Origin: Selaginella moellendorffii
Taxonomy: Eukaryota; Plantae; Lycopodiophyta
Reading direction: 5' to 3'
NCBI RefSeq assembly: GCF_000143415.4
Contig: NW_003314330.1
Location: 558,001 to 622,000, forward strand
Length of the DNA stretch: 64,000 nucleotides
The position numbers and the translations under genes are program-made. Position 1 is the stretch's first letter. The number at the start of each line of letters is the position of its first letter. Positions 12,239 to 24,389 of this stretch are shown one piece after another. Under the pieces are notes generated by a model, which saw nothing but the letters and a program-made list of their open reading frames with translations, was not told the origin of the DNA and searched no databases.

Positions 12239-13609
12239 TCAGTCTTTGTGTAACGCCTCCAGGAAAGCGTCCTGGAGGTGTGAATTCGTGGCCGCGATTC
12301 TCTGGGACATGAGCTCCAATGGCCCTCCCGACCTGCATTAAAACCAATCACGTTAGCGAAAAAAAAAAAAACCGACAGCTTTTCTCTTTTCTTTTTCCAC
12401 TTACGGATCAAACACACGCCCTCCGGCTTCTTGCAAAATCACAACTCCTGCCGTGATATCCCTGCAAGGAAGAACGATCGTATCAAGCAAGTGATCGAGA
12501 AAACGTTTTCTTTGCACTCACCAAGGGCCTCCGAATCCCAGCTCGTAGAAGATATCCAGCCTTCCACAAGCGACACCGCACAGGTTGAGCGCACAAGATC
12601 CGGTCATGCGCAGGGAGCGAATCTGCGAGACACGAGAACTCATCCTTTAAGACCAGTGGAAAGAAAACGAGGAAAAGACGTAAACTTCGCAGTCACCTTA
12701 TAAAGAAGGTTGTTGATCCTGTCAGTGGTTTCGTCCACAGTCGCTTTGTCTCGCTTCGTTCCAACCTGTAAAAGCAAGGCAAAGATTAGAAGAAAAAAAA
12801 GTAAGAAGGAGCAAATCAAACCTCTGTGGCAAGCAAAGCCTTATAAATCTCGTCCTGAGATGATGCAGTGATTTTGCTGCCATTGAGAAAGGCACCTCTT
12901 CCTTTGACAGCGGTGAAGAGCTACGGAAAAAACCAAAGAAGAAATGAGAGAGATACTTTGTAGTTTCTGTGCGTACCTCGTTCAGTATGGGATTGTATAC
13001 AACTCCGACCGAAGGTACCTTCCCAATCGTGAGGCCGATCGAAACGCAGACAAAAGGAAATCCATGCACAAAGTTTGTGGTGCCATCCAGCGGATCAACA
13101 ATCCACGTTGGCTCGTCGGTTAGCTCCGCGGTTCCATTCAAAGCCGAGGTTTCTTCGCCGATAAACTGTGAAGAACTCGTGAGAATTTTTCCATGGAACA
13201 AAGGGAAGTTGTAAAGTCGAGAGAGCTTGCCTTGTGATCCGGGAAATGCTTTTGCAAGAGCTCAAAAATAAGCTTCTCGCAAGCTTTATCCGTCTCTGTT
13301 ACCAGATCCACCTTTCCTTTATGCTCTACATTCTTGTGGCTGTGAAAGCTACCAGCGATTATCTGCAAGAAAAAAAACTTTTTCAGTGAGAAAAAGAGGA
13401 ACTTTACAAAGGATGAATCGACCTGGCCGGCTTGCTTTGCGGCATCCACAGCGATCTCCAAGAAACCATCCAATTCATCTAGAAAGACCACAAAATCAAA
13501 GCACTATTCGATCAGCCAAGAAGGAGAAGCGATCTAAAAGTCATCTAGAATCGAAGGAAACGAAGAAATGATCTAGAGAAACGAGCAAACCTTCTCGAAC
13601 AACGCCCAT
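12239..13609 (-). CDS. VTC4: Myo-inositol monophosphatase / L-galactose-1-phosphate phosphatase (IMP/VTC4-like), multi-exon
   Basis: [51 protein letters not shown], and last exon [21 protein letters not shown]; ATG at 13609, stop at 12239. Confidence 0.92.
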
Positions 13610-13838
13610 TGCGCCTTTCGTCCCAGTTACAAATGAAAAACCTGTGAATAAACCCTAATATATGTATTAAACCCCCTTTTCAAAATAACCTTTATGTGGT
13701 GGAGGCATATCCAAGGATCTGGTTATTGGGGATACCTTTCCCAAATAGCGATTCGAACCAAGGACCGGTTACTTTTTGGCGGTTTTTTTGAAAAACCCTA
13801 AAAGCTTTTGGGGGAGAAGCAAATTTAGATCCGAGGCC
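13610..13838. promoter_or_regulatory. ~230 bp divergent promoter between IMP and ATI-like genes with telo-boxes
   Basis: Head-to-head ATGs at 13609 and 13839; AAACCCTAA at ~13650 and ~13793. Confidence 0.5.
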
Positions 13839-14276
13839 ATGGCGGATGAATCGTGCCGCGATTGGGAAGTTCTCACCATGTCCACCGCCTCGATCGATCC
13901 CAAGAGCTCGGCCGCTGCAACTAATTCCAGTGATTCCAAGCAGCAGCTGGGAGAATCGGAGGACAAGAACAAGGTGAGCAAGGAAAAGGAGGAGCTTACA
14001 GTGGGTATGGCTGCCTGGTTGCAGCGGCAATCCTCAGAGATTGTCTTGCGCGCTCGCCAATCCAATCCGCTACTGTCTCTAGCAGTCGCGGCCGCCGCAG
14101 TGGTGGGTCTCGTGATTTTGGGGCGGGGATGGCATCGCGAGCGCTGTGAGAATCGGCTGCTAAGATCACAGCTCGGCACGGTAAGAACTCTTTGCAAAAG
14201 CCTTCTTTTTTGGTTTCTCAGTCTCTTTTCCCTCTATTTGCAGAGAGTTATAACCATTGAACTCTCGGACTTCTAG
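13839..14276 (+). CDS. ATG8-interacting protein ATI1/ATI2-like, compact (~125 aa), 2 exons (13839-14180, 14244-14276)
   Basis: N-terminal DWEVLTMSTAS (AIM W-x-x-L, cf. ATI 'DWEVVSLTAS'); WLQRQ..RQSN..AVAAAAVVGLVILGRGWHRER matches the ATI TM region. Confidence 0.7.
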   Translation: MADESCRDWEVLTMSTASIDPKSSAAATNSSDSKQQLGESEDKNKVSKEKEELTVGMAAWLQRQSSEIVLRARQSNPLLSLAVAAAAVVGLVILGRGWHRERCENRLLRSQLGTVRTLCKSLLFWFLSLFSLYLQRVITIELSDF

Positions 14277-14343
14277 GAGCTTTTCTTCTCTTTCTCGCTC
14301 TTTTCTCTCCGAGCATGAATCAGGAAAGTTTCTCAAAGTTTTC

Positions 14344-15710
14344 TCACCAAAACCACTGCAAGTTTGCGTCCACGGCTTTGACATTGCTTGCCACGAGCGG
14401 CATGTAGCCGTAGCGAGCTGCTAGAAAATTCACGCACACCGTGCGATGGACATCGTGGCCTTTCAAGCTGCTGATCCCGCTCGACCCAATCTCGTAGAGT
14501 TTTCCTGGAAAGAAAGAGAGAAAAAAACATTTTTTCTCACAGCTGAATTTGCGAGAAGCAAAACCTTACCTTTCACCCAGATCGGAGGAGCGTTTGTCAA
14601 GTTCGCGACCATGAAAGACATGGCAATGTCCTCGCAGTTCCTGGAAGTGAAGAACATCAAGTAAAAGACCGTTTCTTTTCGTTCGCTTACCTCTGGTTTG
14701 CGACATACTCCCGTATGGAAGCGGGCATTTGGAGCGTGTAGTACTCGAGATACTTGTGATGGAGAAATGCCGCTTTCGTAAGAACCATGCTGTAGGTCCC
14801 CATCCACCAAACGGACCACCAGCCTCCATACGTAAAAGTCGGCTGCTCCGGCCGGAAAGTTGGCGAGATTTGCTTCCAGTTGTTCTGCAAGATCAAGGAG
14901 CACGCAAATTGAAACTTCCATCAGAAGCGCCAAAGAAAAATCACATCTTTGGATGTGAGAGAGAAGCGAAAAAGCAGGACAATAAAATCAGCGGTTTCGA
15001 GTAAGAAGTCACCTTCAATCGTGCCCAGTGCATCCGTGGCACGAAACCGACCATGCTATCAGGAGCGCTCAGCCACACCCGGAAAGAAAACTCCAGAGTC
15101 GTGCAAGGGACCAGAACGTCGTCGTCGATGGAGAAGATCCCGTCGGTGGTGACGCCGTCGAGCGGCTTGAATCTGTTGTTGAGGTTGTCCTCGTCGTTGA
15201 TGTCAATACGGAGCTCCAGCTCGGGGTTGTTCTCGGCGGCGCGGATGGATTTTTCCAGCGCCGCCAGCAGCGACTCCGAGGGCGGCTCGCTCTCGCTCCA
15301 CACCACCCGGATCGCATCGACACCGCGGCACGATGCGTAGTGGGCCACGGACTTTCGCAAGAGATCGTAGCGCTTCCATGTGTTGACGAGAACCGTGTAG
15401 CGATGGTGCCTGGAAATCAAAAGTGAGTCATAGGCAACAGTGAAGAACCAAAGTTTGAAAAGGAAAAGACGAGCTTTTTTTCGTACCTCGAGACGAGAAG
15501 AAAATTCGCCTCGTCTTGGTTCCATCTCACAATCGCTGCCGAAACCAAGAAGATAAAAATCAGCATCGAGATCCCGAGAAGAAGCCTGGATCTCCAAGAG
15601 GAAATGCGGTAGAACCAGGCGAGAGGGGATCTCCAGCAACGAGAAGAGGAGGAAGATGGTCTTCCAGCTTTCACCAGCACCTTGTGATCTCTCGCCACCA
15701 AGGAACTCAT
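14344..15710 (-). CDS. EPC1: Glycosyltransferase family 64 (EPC1/GMT1-like), multi-exon type II membrane protein
   Basis: YTVLVNTWKRYDLL, LNNRFKP, FSIDDD (DxD), MVGFVPRMHW, YSMVLTKAAFLH, RNCEDIAMSF, GISSLKGH..R..C; stop at 14344. Confidence 0.9.
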
Positions 15711-16528
15711 CCTGCTGCCACTGGCGGCAATGGCGGAGGTGGCGGCGATGGTGGTGGCGACGGTGGTGGTGGAGCAAAACAAAAACTCCGTCCCATACAG
15801 ACTGGCCAGAGGAGTGTGCCACTGAGCCAGCCAGTGGCGACAAGTCACATTAGACTTCCTTGTACGAAAGAGCAGTGGATCAAAAACTTCGGTCCATGCA
15901 CGGACGCCAAGAACACAAGACACCAGCAAAGAAAAGAAAGATTAGAAGCGAGAAAGGCACAGAGAAAGAAGAAGAACTATTCGCTCAAACTCCCTCGCTC
16001 GCTACAGTCGGGGAATCCCTCATTGGAACACTAGACAGCACTAAAAGGGAAAAACCCTCCCCCGCCTCCTCTAGATTCTTTGTGGGATGGATCGATTAGA
16101 TCGATTAGAAACACATAAAGAAATCAAGGTCTACCTCAATGACCTCACCGCGGTCGCATTCATCGCGAAAGAGAGGAAAAGCACTGATCCCCGGGAAACT
16201 GACAAACAGCAGCTCCTCCACTGGGACTCTCGCTCCAATTCGTCAGACGCACAATCGAGCAGCCGATGGCGATCTGGCGATGGCGACACAAAATCGCGAG
16301 AAAAATCCACCTGGGGTTTGTGCTTATCGGCCAAATAGCCCTAAAAACTGCCTTAGGGTTTATAGAAGAATTGCGGATTTAGGCGCTGTAACGGATGGAC
16401 GCCTGCGCTTCCCGCTTCTTTCCATTTTCAAATTCCAGCCTGCATTTTAGGGTTCTTGTGGTCACTGGTTTCTAGCGTTTTCCTTTCTTTCTTTTGCCTA
16501 TTAAGATCCGGGCGCTCGCGAAAGATCA

Positions 16529-18012
16529 ATGATCAACGTAAGGCGGAGAGATCATCAGCAGCAGCACCATGTTTCTGGCGTAAGCTATCACTTCTTTTAA
16601 CGTTTCTATTGGAAGATTGTATGATGGATCCTTTTTTATGCAGCGAGCGGTGCTCAATGCAGTAGCCCTCCAAGATCACTTCACGAGGTCCTTAAGCTTT
16701 GGCATGGCAAGTTTCCTCTCGATCGTCTCTTTCTCTCTTTTTTATTCTCATTTTTTCGTTTGCACAGATTCGCTATCATCAAGGACTACAGCAGCAGCAA
16801 CAGCAAATCTTGTCTCATCTAAGTCTTGGTTTGTAGAAACTCTTTGTTTTCTCATATGATTTTCACGAGCTTTCCTTGCTTTGCTTTTCTTTTCTTCTTT
16901 GTGTATAGCACAACAATGTGGACTTGTTACGAAGCCCAGAGGGGAGTTGACGGAAGAAGAGTGGCGAATCGCTCGCGAGCAGTCGATGGCGAGGAGGGAC
17001 GCACTGCATGGCTGTCCAATTTGTCACGAAATTTTTATTCGTGGAGACCAGGTAAGTGAGTGGTCTCTTGCAAAATGGCCACAATCTTTAGTTTTCTTTT
17101 TTTTTTTCTTTCTTTGCAGCTTTTACTCAGCTGCTCTCATGTCTTTCACAAGGTTTGGAGCTCTTCACGGATGGTCTTTTAGTGCCACGGAAATCACATC
17201 AGGGTGCCAATATTTGCAGCAATGCTTGAAACGTTTTGAGAAGTTCTCAAGGCAACGCTGCTGCCCGGTGTGCCGGACTGAGCACTATCAAACCATGGCC
17301 GTGAGGATACCATCGACTTTGTACAAGAACTTCTTTGCAACAAGGCATGGAAATTCCAAGCTTTTATCATCAAAGCGAAGTGTTTGTCTTTCCATTGCTT
17401 TCGTGAAGGATACAGACGGCGTACAGGGCTTACAAGTGTCGGAGAGATTACGCTGAGTACAAATGGAGACATCCACCTGAAGATCCAGGCAAACGAAAGG
17501 AATGGTTTGCAAAAAAGGTTGGTTCTTTTCTTTTTGCATATTTCTCTAAACCTGTGGGAGCATCAGCTTGAATCGGCTTCAAACCGACTGCTGGATCAAA
17601 TGGCTGTAGACGAAGACAATGTGAAGCTCCTCTTGGCCAGCATCGACAATACTCTGGCCAGCAGTAAGCAGATTTACGATGTTCTTGGCAGCAGAGATCA
17701 AACGAAGGAGGTGGACAATTTAAATCTTAATGAAGAAAGCGATCTTAATTGGCACCAGGTGATCGAAAAGGTACGTTCTTTCTTGCATCTATCTCAAGCT
17801 TATCATTATTTTTCCAGGCTATTGAGAGATATGACATTGATTGTTCCATTTGCATAATGCCGCTGCAAAAGGATGGAGGATCCAACCTTAGCCTGCTCAG
17901 CTGCAGCCACTTATTCCATAGCCATTGCATCTCGGAGTTTGAGGCGTTCCATGCATCGGCAGAGCTCTTATGCCCGATTTGTAGAACCATGTACAAGAGG
18001 TTCGACTTGTAG
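16529..18012 (+). CDS. RNF32: RNF32-like protein (RING-H2, IQ motif, RING-H2), 9 exons
   Basis: AVALQDHF, HLSLAQQCGL..LTEEEW, CPIC..LLLSCSHVFHKQC..CPVC, RIQTAYRAYKCR (IQ), HPPEDP, CSIC..LLSCSHLFHSHC..CPIC; two GC-AG donors (16707, ~17346). Confidence 0.85.
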
Positions 18013-18118
18013 CATTGCTGTAGGATTCGATACTCAGAAAGAAAACACTTCTTTTGACATTTAAGAATGAGAAATCACATGACTTCACAGGAACTTCAAA
18101 CTTGGTTGACAACCAAAT

Positions 18119-18601
18119 TTAATTCTGGCTTGGAACGTGAAAAGGTGATCCTGGGATGTGAAATGGTGGAAAACTGGAAGGAGGGAAATGGGAACCAGGG
18201 TGAAATGGTGGAAGATGGCCACTAGGTGGTCCTGGAATGAAAGGGGGAAAATTGATTGGTGGGAACTGGCCACCTGGTCTTGGAATAGAAGGGGGAAAAT
18301 GAAATGGGGGGAAATGACCAGAAGGGGGAATCTGAAATGGTGCTGAATTAGCAAAAGGTGAAGGTGGCCTGGGAATAAAAGGAGGAGCTTGATGGAATGG
18401 TGGAATGTGGCTTGACGGTGGCCAAGCATATCCTGGAAGGTGAGGAGATGCAGCATGAGGAACCTGAGTTTGTAAGCTTTTTCCTGCTGAATCAAGTAGA
18501 AGAGCATGCTCCTTCAGCAACGTTCGTCTGCCACTCACTTGCAATGCATTGAGAAAGATAAACACTTCAAAGATAAGCATTGAAATGATTTGAAAAGCCA
18601 T
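18119..18601 (-). CDS. Secreted Pro/Phe/His-rich repetitive peptide precursor (copy A)
   Basis: Signal peptide MAFQIISMLIFEVFIFLNALQVSG-R, spacer, then repeats HIPPFH / PPFIPRPP / HFPPFHFPP / QFPPINFPPFIPGPP / HLPPFHPG; intronless open frame. Confidence 0.75.
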   Translation of the reverse strand: MAFQIISMLIFEVFIFLNALQVSGRRTLLKEHALLLDSAGKSLQTQVPHAASPHLPGYAWPPSSHIPPFHQAPPFIPRPPSPFANSAPFQIPPSGHFPPFHFPPSIPRPGGQFPPINFPPFIPGPPSGHLPPFHPGSHFPPSSFPPFHIPGSPFHVPSQN

Positions 18602-20115
18602 CACAACTCAAATGCTTTTATCTAATCACTGAATTTATATTAGAGTCCAATGACTTTAGACCACTAACTTATTTTGGCTATTATTATTTGATTATTTGGT
18701 TGTTCCAAATGTTAAGTTCTTTTCTTTTTACTCTTTATTGATCCTGTTTTACTGCTGGTGGGTGTTAGTGGCAGCATGGATCCATTGGGCTTTATTGGAT
18801 CGACACCACGTGATTGGTTTGCATTTATAGAGACAACTCCGATGCCAATACAAATTTTTTCGAGCATTGGGGAAGTGATGAGTACACAAATGGACAACAC
18901 TAGGACAACAATGGATGCCGAAGTTATGGAAGAAATTCCACAATTTAGATTATAGAGTCCAACACATAGTGTGCCTACAAATGTTGCAAAACCATCAACC
19001 AATGAGGTGAGTTTAGGCCAAGAAAATTAGGGTCAAGAAACTTAATGGGACAAAGAGGAGAATATTTAAATGAACCAAAGGAGTATGGGCTAAGTTTTCT
19101 TCAATCCACCTATACATCTGACAGTGACACACCTTTGGTCAATTAGTTTAGTGAGATGAGGTAACCATAGTAGTAGTAAACACCACAACAACATTACAAG
19201 GTCAAGGCTAGTCACACCTTCGCTCACAAGACCACAAGTTAGTCAAGTGAGCTAGCAGTCCAAAGCTTTATGGAGTAACTTGCTCAACACATCAAAGGAG
19301 CAGGCAAGCAGCCAATTGACAAGCTGATGCAACCAGTAAAAGGCAAAGAAACACTAAAATACCATGTGCAGATCTTAATTTACCTCAAAACAATCACCAA
19401 GAAAGTGGATGGTGTCATGGGCGAGTAGAATCATCAATGCCACATAATTCAAGAACTCAAGACTGCAATCCCGGCTTCCACATCCACCGATGTAGAGTGC
19501 ATCAACCACCAAGACCAGTATATTGCAATACTCAACCAGAAAAATCAAATTATGCATTAGGAACTCGACAATCAACGCCAAAGTGTTGAACTTATCATTA
19601 TAAAGACTAAGCTTAGCAACTTGAAGTAGGATTTGGAAAATTTGACTACATGAGGATAGACAATAGTTTTGTCGTGGGGGAGTGAAGAAGAAATAAATGT
19701 TTTATTTTACATATCATCCTAAGCAGAGCAAAAGAAAAAAACTTAAGCAAAATAGAGTTGTGCTTAAGGTTAAGCATCTAAAGAAAAAAGACCTAACCTA
19801 GACAACACTTGTCATAGACAAACATGAAGCAGTTAAGAATGGTTATAAAATTATGTAGTATATAAATAGCACTTAGAAATGCTAGAAAACAACCTTAATT
19901 CAATGTTATATGTATTTATATTGAATTAACTATCTTTTCTCCTACTTATGTTGTTTGTGCAAAGTAGAGTTGAAAAAGTAATATATGCTTATCTTTACTC
20001 ATGCCTTTGGGGTTTGAGGCTGAATTCTCTTTTTTTTTTTCTTCTTTACATTCTTTGTTTGTCACTATTTTGCAAGTAGGGGCAAACATGGAAGTATAGG
20101 TAAAAAAAGCTTTAC

Positions 20116-20483
20116 TCAATAGGAGGCTACCAAATTTAAATTAATATCAGTGTGAACCATAGTTCCATTTTTCTTCTTGCAATCTGTATTGAGCACTATT
20201 CTAGACATGGAAGGATTGGAATATGAGTGGAGTAAGTTGCCATCTCTAAATCTGTATCCATCATCATTTGTAATGCATTCAATTGAATCTATAAACATCA
20301 CCTTTCCATCACACTTTGCCGCTATCTTCTAGGTGGGCTTAACAAACTTAAAATTGGATCATTTCTCACATCCCTGTAAAACTTTTGTTACCACTGCATT
20401 AAATAGCAAAGTGAGAACCATATGTGAAGTCCCATGGCAGTGAAGCTGTAGAGTAGCAGAAAAGTTACAAAGAGTATAAACAT
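20116..20483 (-). pseudogene. Cyanovirin-N homolog (CVNH) lectin pseudogene
   Basis: Signal peptide MFILFVTFLLLYSFTAM, then FIDSIECITNDDG..HSYSNPSMSRIVLNTDCKKKNGTMVHTDINLN, matching the CVNH repeat (L.A.C...G.....IDLN..I.N.dG); frameshifted. Confidence 0.7.
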
Positions 20484-20716
20484 TTTTCCTGGGCCACAAC
20501 AAAGAAACTTAGGAATGATCAGGTAAGTCACAAGGTTATAAGCATTACCATCTAGGCAAATTTGCAATAGTTTGATACATGTTATAAAATCAATTGTTAT
20601 AAGAAATAGTAACTCTTAATAGTCATTTCAATGGAGAAACATATATTGAAGAGCCAATTTATATTACTTTAAGAGTGAAACAAAAATCTGGAACTCCAAA
20701 TAATGGCTGAAGAAAA

Positions 20717-21010
20717 TTAATTCTGGCCTGGAATATGAAAAGGTGGTGGACAAAAGAATGGTGGAATATAGCTAGGTCCTGGGATGTGAAATGGAGCACC
20801 ATGACATAAAAGGAGCGAGAAATGCCATGAGGTGGTACTAGAATAACAGAGGGAAAATGGAATAGTAGAAAATGGCTACCAGGAATGTGAAATGGTTCAA
20901 ATGAGAGATTGGGGAATATGGTTTGAATATGGCATGGGAAAAAATAGTGGAATGGTGGAATATGGCTTGAGAGAGGTCAATTATATCTTGTAGTGTGAGG
21001 AAATAGTGTG
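20717..21010 (-). pseudogene. Degenerate paralog of the Pro/Phe-rich secreted peptide gene
   Basis: Clear nucleotide similarity to 18119-18460 (e.g. aattctggcctggaatatgaaaaggtg, tggaatggtggaatatggcttga) with many C>T/G>A changes. Confidence 0.6.
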
Positions 21011-21746
21011 TAACTTGAGCTTCCTATGCACCTTGATGATGGTCTATCAACTTTTTTCTTAAATTTAATGCTTTTATTCTTTTGTGGGTATAGAGTCAAT
21101 ACTACTTGACATGTATCTCACTTTTTCTTTCTCTTTACCACAATTTTAATTATCATAGATGGTTTGGAAAAGGAAAAACCATTACAAAGGTTAAGAAAAA
21201 TCAGAAAGATGTTATGAAATGTCTTTATTTTAAATCCACTTCTGCTCTCATTTCCACCCATGAACCCAAAAATATGTAATAATAAGTAACTTTTATTCCC
21301 ACATGCACTCAACTCTTAGGGACATTTATAATTGAATTAGAAGTAACACTTTATATGATATATTGATAGTTATTTTAATTTACAAAGATGCTTTATTCTA
21401 AATTTGAGATGGACTATCCCATAACTTTTTCTCGATAGTTAAATTAATATACTTGGAGTGAAGATCATTAAACTTTATGGTCAAGCCATTGAATTGCTAG
21501 ATTTTTTTTAGATACTTCAAGATCTCCATTTAAACAATTTTCTGAATTAAGATTAATTAAGAATTTTAATTTTGGAACCAAACCCTAGACAAGCCTCCCT
21601 AAGGTATACCAGCTAAATCCCTTAGGCCATAAAATATTTTTGAAATATTCTAATAGTTCATGTCATTAGGCCCAAATAATTCTATCATAAACTAGTTCTG
21701 AGACCTTTAAGCCCTCACTAAATTGCCATTTTTTTCTAGTTATTCA

Positions 21747-23209
21747 TGTAGTGCACTTGAATTTAGAACTAAACTCCAAGCCTATTGTGTTACAAAATGA
21801 GGGTCTGATACAATCCCACAAGCACCAACTCCTCATATCGAACACCTACACACTTAGATGGTATTTGGCACAATTTTGGCATACTAGTGGCCTAATATGA
21901 AGATGGTGCCCCACTGACTAGAGCAATGTGGAGCTTGGGTTTAGACCCAAACCAGATGCAAAATAAAGAGTGATACAGCTCAGTGGGAACAAAACTAACA
22001 TCTCAGATGGTTGGACATGCATTCCAACCATTATCCCTACTATACATTTGGAACCCTTGATACGCCCCCCTAAGGAACACATGCTTTGGGATTTCACCTT
22101 TAGCCTCCCTTAATATTAGGAGTTAGTCTCTGGGACAAGCTCAAAACTTATTAAATATAGAATGTCCCTAGATTGTAAATTTGGACACGGAATAAACACC
22201 ATTGTGTTTAAGACAATCTTTACATTCCATAGATATGCCAAATGAGCAAATCTAAACACTTTTTATAAATAGCATTTGGGACTAGAATGAGACTAACACA
22301 AAGGGCATGATAGCGAAAGTGTTTAGCAAACACAATAAGCTATCATGTAGTGATATTGAGGGACTAAACTCAATATGTGCCAAACTAGTGCAAGATAGAG
22401 CAAAAAAGAACTAACAAGCTGGGCGAAGTATGTTTAGCTAAATAAACATTTAAGAATTCATTCCTTATGCTCATTCAACTAAGTACAGATGCTAAATCTA
22501 ATTTACTAACACTTGGACAAAAGGGGCTAATAAAGGGAACTAATAGTATTGAACTCCTGTCGTCATAGAAGTAAAGAGAGAGTGTTTGTAAGAATTGGCT
22601 GACAAGTTGTAAACTCATGAATTTGGACTTCCTGGGAAGTCACCTAGCCCCATATTATTCAAACCCAAGGACACTTAACCTTAAATATCCCAAAACCCTT
22701 AATCAATTGAAAAAAAGGGTAATTAATTGAAAACTCTTGTTCATGGGTTGTTTCCCTTATATTTGAACCCCATGGATCGTCTTTCAAGTCATTCTCTTTG
22801 ATTATTTACAATTCATCACACTTCTTTATAAGTTCACGCCCTTGTGAATGGAAGCTGAGAGTCACAGCTCTCCCAAGAGCCTCGCTCTCAGCAAACTAAA
22901 CCTACCAAATATCAATTAACATATGGCATAATTCCCTTAAGCCAACTAATAGAGTTGGACCTAGACCCGCTCTAATACCAAATGTAAACTCTTGAGTTTG
23001 GAGTTCCTGGGAGGTCACCCAGTAGTACTATTTAAACCTAAGGATGCTTAACTTTAAATATCCCGACTCTTAATTGATTGAAAAAGCGGGTATACTCTTG
23101 TTTTTGGTCATTTTTCCTTTATATTTAAACCCTATGGATCATTTCTTAAATTGTTCTCTTTGGTTGCTTACATAAGTATCTTTCGATACCCAAAGTCACA
23201 TTTGCGACA
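21747..23209 (-). mobile_element. Solo LTR of the chromovirus family seen at 27432-28300, interrupted by a Cassandra element
   Basis: TGTAGTGCAC...GCGACA ends shared with 27432-28300; flanks ATTCA/ATTCT (near-TSD). Confidence 0.8.
22608..23172 (-). mobile_element. Cassandra TRIM (5S rRNA-derived LTR segment), nested in solo LTR
   Basis: Reverse complement of 23465-24059; two LTRs (22608-~22810, ~22983-23172); PBS complement CTCTAATACCA at ~22970; TSD CAAGT/TAAGT. Confidence 0.82.
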
Positions 23210-23464
23210 ATTCTAATCTAAAGAATTTACCATAATCCTTAAGTTAGTTTTAATTAGTACAAAAGTGGAAATTTGTCCCAATATGGCTTGAGAGCTAAAT
23301 TGCTCTAAAGGTGCCCTAGTTATTCCAACAATGTGTCTTATAAAGTTTTTTTTACCAAATAACAAATCTATTCTAAACACTTAATCTAGAAAATAATTAC
23401 AGATTAGCCCTAATAACCACATTTATACTTTTAATATCTAATTGCTCTAACCCAAGGATCTAAG

Positions 23465-24059
23465 TGTAAGCAACCAAAGGGAACGACTTGAGAGACAATC
23501 CATAGGGGTTCAAATATAGAAGGAAAGGGCCCATGAATAAGAGTGCACCCCCTTTTCCAATCGGTTAAGGGTCTTGGGATAATTGGAGTTAAGTGTCCTT
23601 GGGTTTGAATAGTACTGGGCTGGGCGACCTCCCAGGAAATCTAAACTTAGGAGTTTACATTTAGTATCAGAGGGGTTTCGAGTTTGACTCTGTTGGTTGG
23701 CTAGGGGAATCATACCACATGTTGATTGACATCTGGCTGGTCCAGTTTGCTCCCGCTGGGCTCAACTCAAGGGGTAGGGTGTCAAGAGAGCAGGGCTCTC
23801 GGGAGAGCTGCGGCTCTCAGCTTCTATTCACAAGGGCGTGAACTTGCAGGGAAGCATGGTGGATTGTAAGCAACCAAAGGGAACGACTTAAGAGACGATC
23901 CATAGGGATTCAAATATAAAGGGAAAAGGCCCATGAATAAAAGTGCACCCCCTTTTCCAATCGATTAAGGGTCTTGAGATAGTTGGACTTAAGCGTCCTT
24001 GGGTTTGAATAGTACTGGGCAGGGTGACCTCCCGGGAAGTCCAAATTTAGGAGTTTACA
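23465..24059 (+). mobile_element. Cassandra TRIM, intact
   Basis: 195-bp LTRs 23465-23659 and 23865-24059 (TG...CA); perfect TSD CTAAG; PBS-like TAGTATCAGAG. LTRs contain TTAAGCGTCCTTGGG..TAGTACTGGGCAGGGTGACCTCCCGGGAAGTCC, the 5S rRNA box A-IE-box C region. Confidence 0.9.
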
Positions 24060-24389
24060 CTAAGGCTTCAAAAGTGATTATGTGTTCTTTACACTCTAAA
24101 TTTGAGTGTTAAAAATCATGATTTTCTAGAAAAACAGTAGCCCTTTTTGTATCCTTCATCTTTCCTTAATTGGCTCTCAAGAATGCTTAAGTTACTTTCT
24201 TTTGTTAACAATCAAAGTTGTTCTTTAACTTCTCTGATTTTGATGCTACATACTCCTTTGCAAAAGAAGTAATATTAAAAATGCTAAATAAATCATACTT
24301 AAAAAATTGTGGATACCACATTTGTAAAAATAGTTTACCACTAGATTTTCAACATCTACTCACTTAGTTAGGTTTTAAATATCACTCAA

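Noticed and set aside
18752-20100. Possible gene between the peptide and CVNH loci
   Set aside because: Only short stop-riddled frames, absent from the duplicate copy; likely TE debris, family not identifiable.
18119-21010. BURP-domain or other cyclase partner for the repeat peptides
   Set aside because: No CH-repeat BURP motif or peptidase gene found in the window, so a RiPP pathway cannot be claimed from this sequence.
23587-24042. 5S rRNA genes
   Set aside because: Only the ~56-nt internal promoter part is present, embedded in LTRs with TSD; this is Cassandra, not rDNA.
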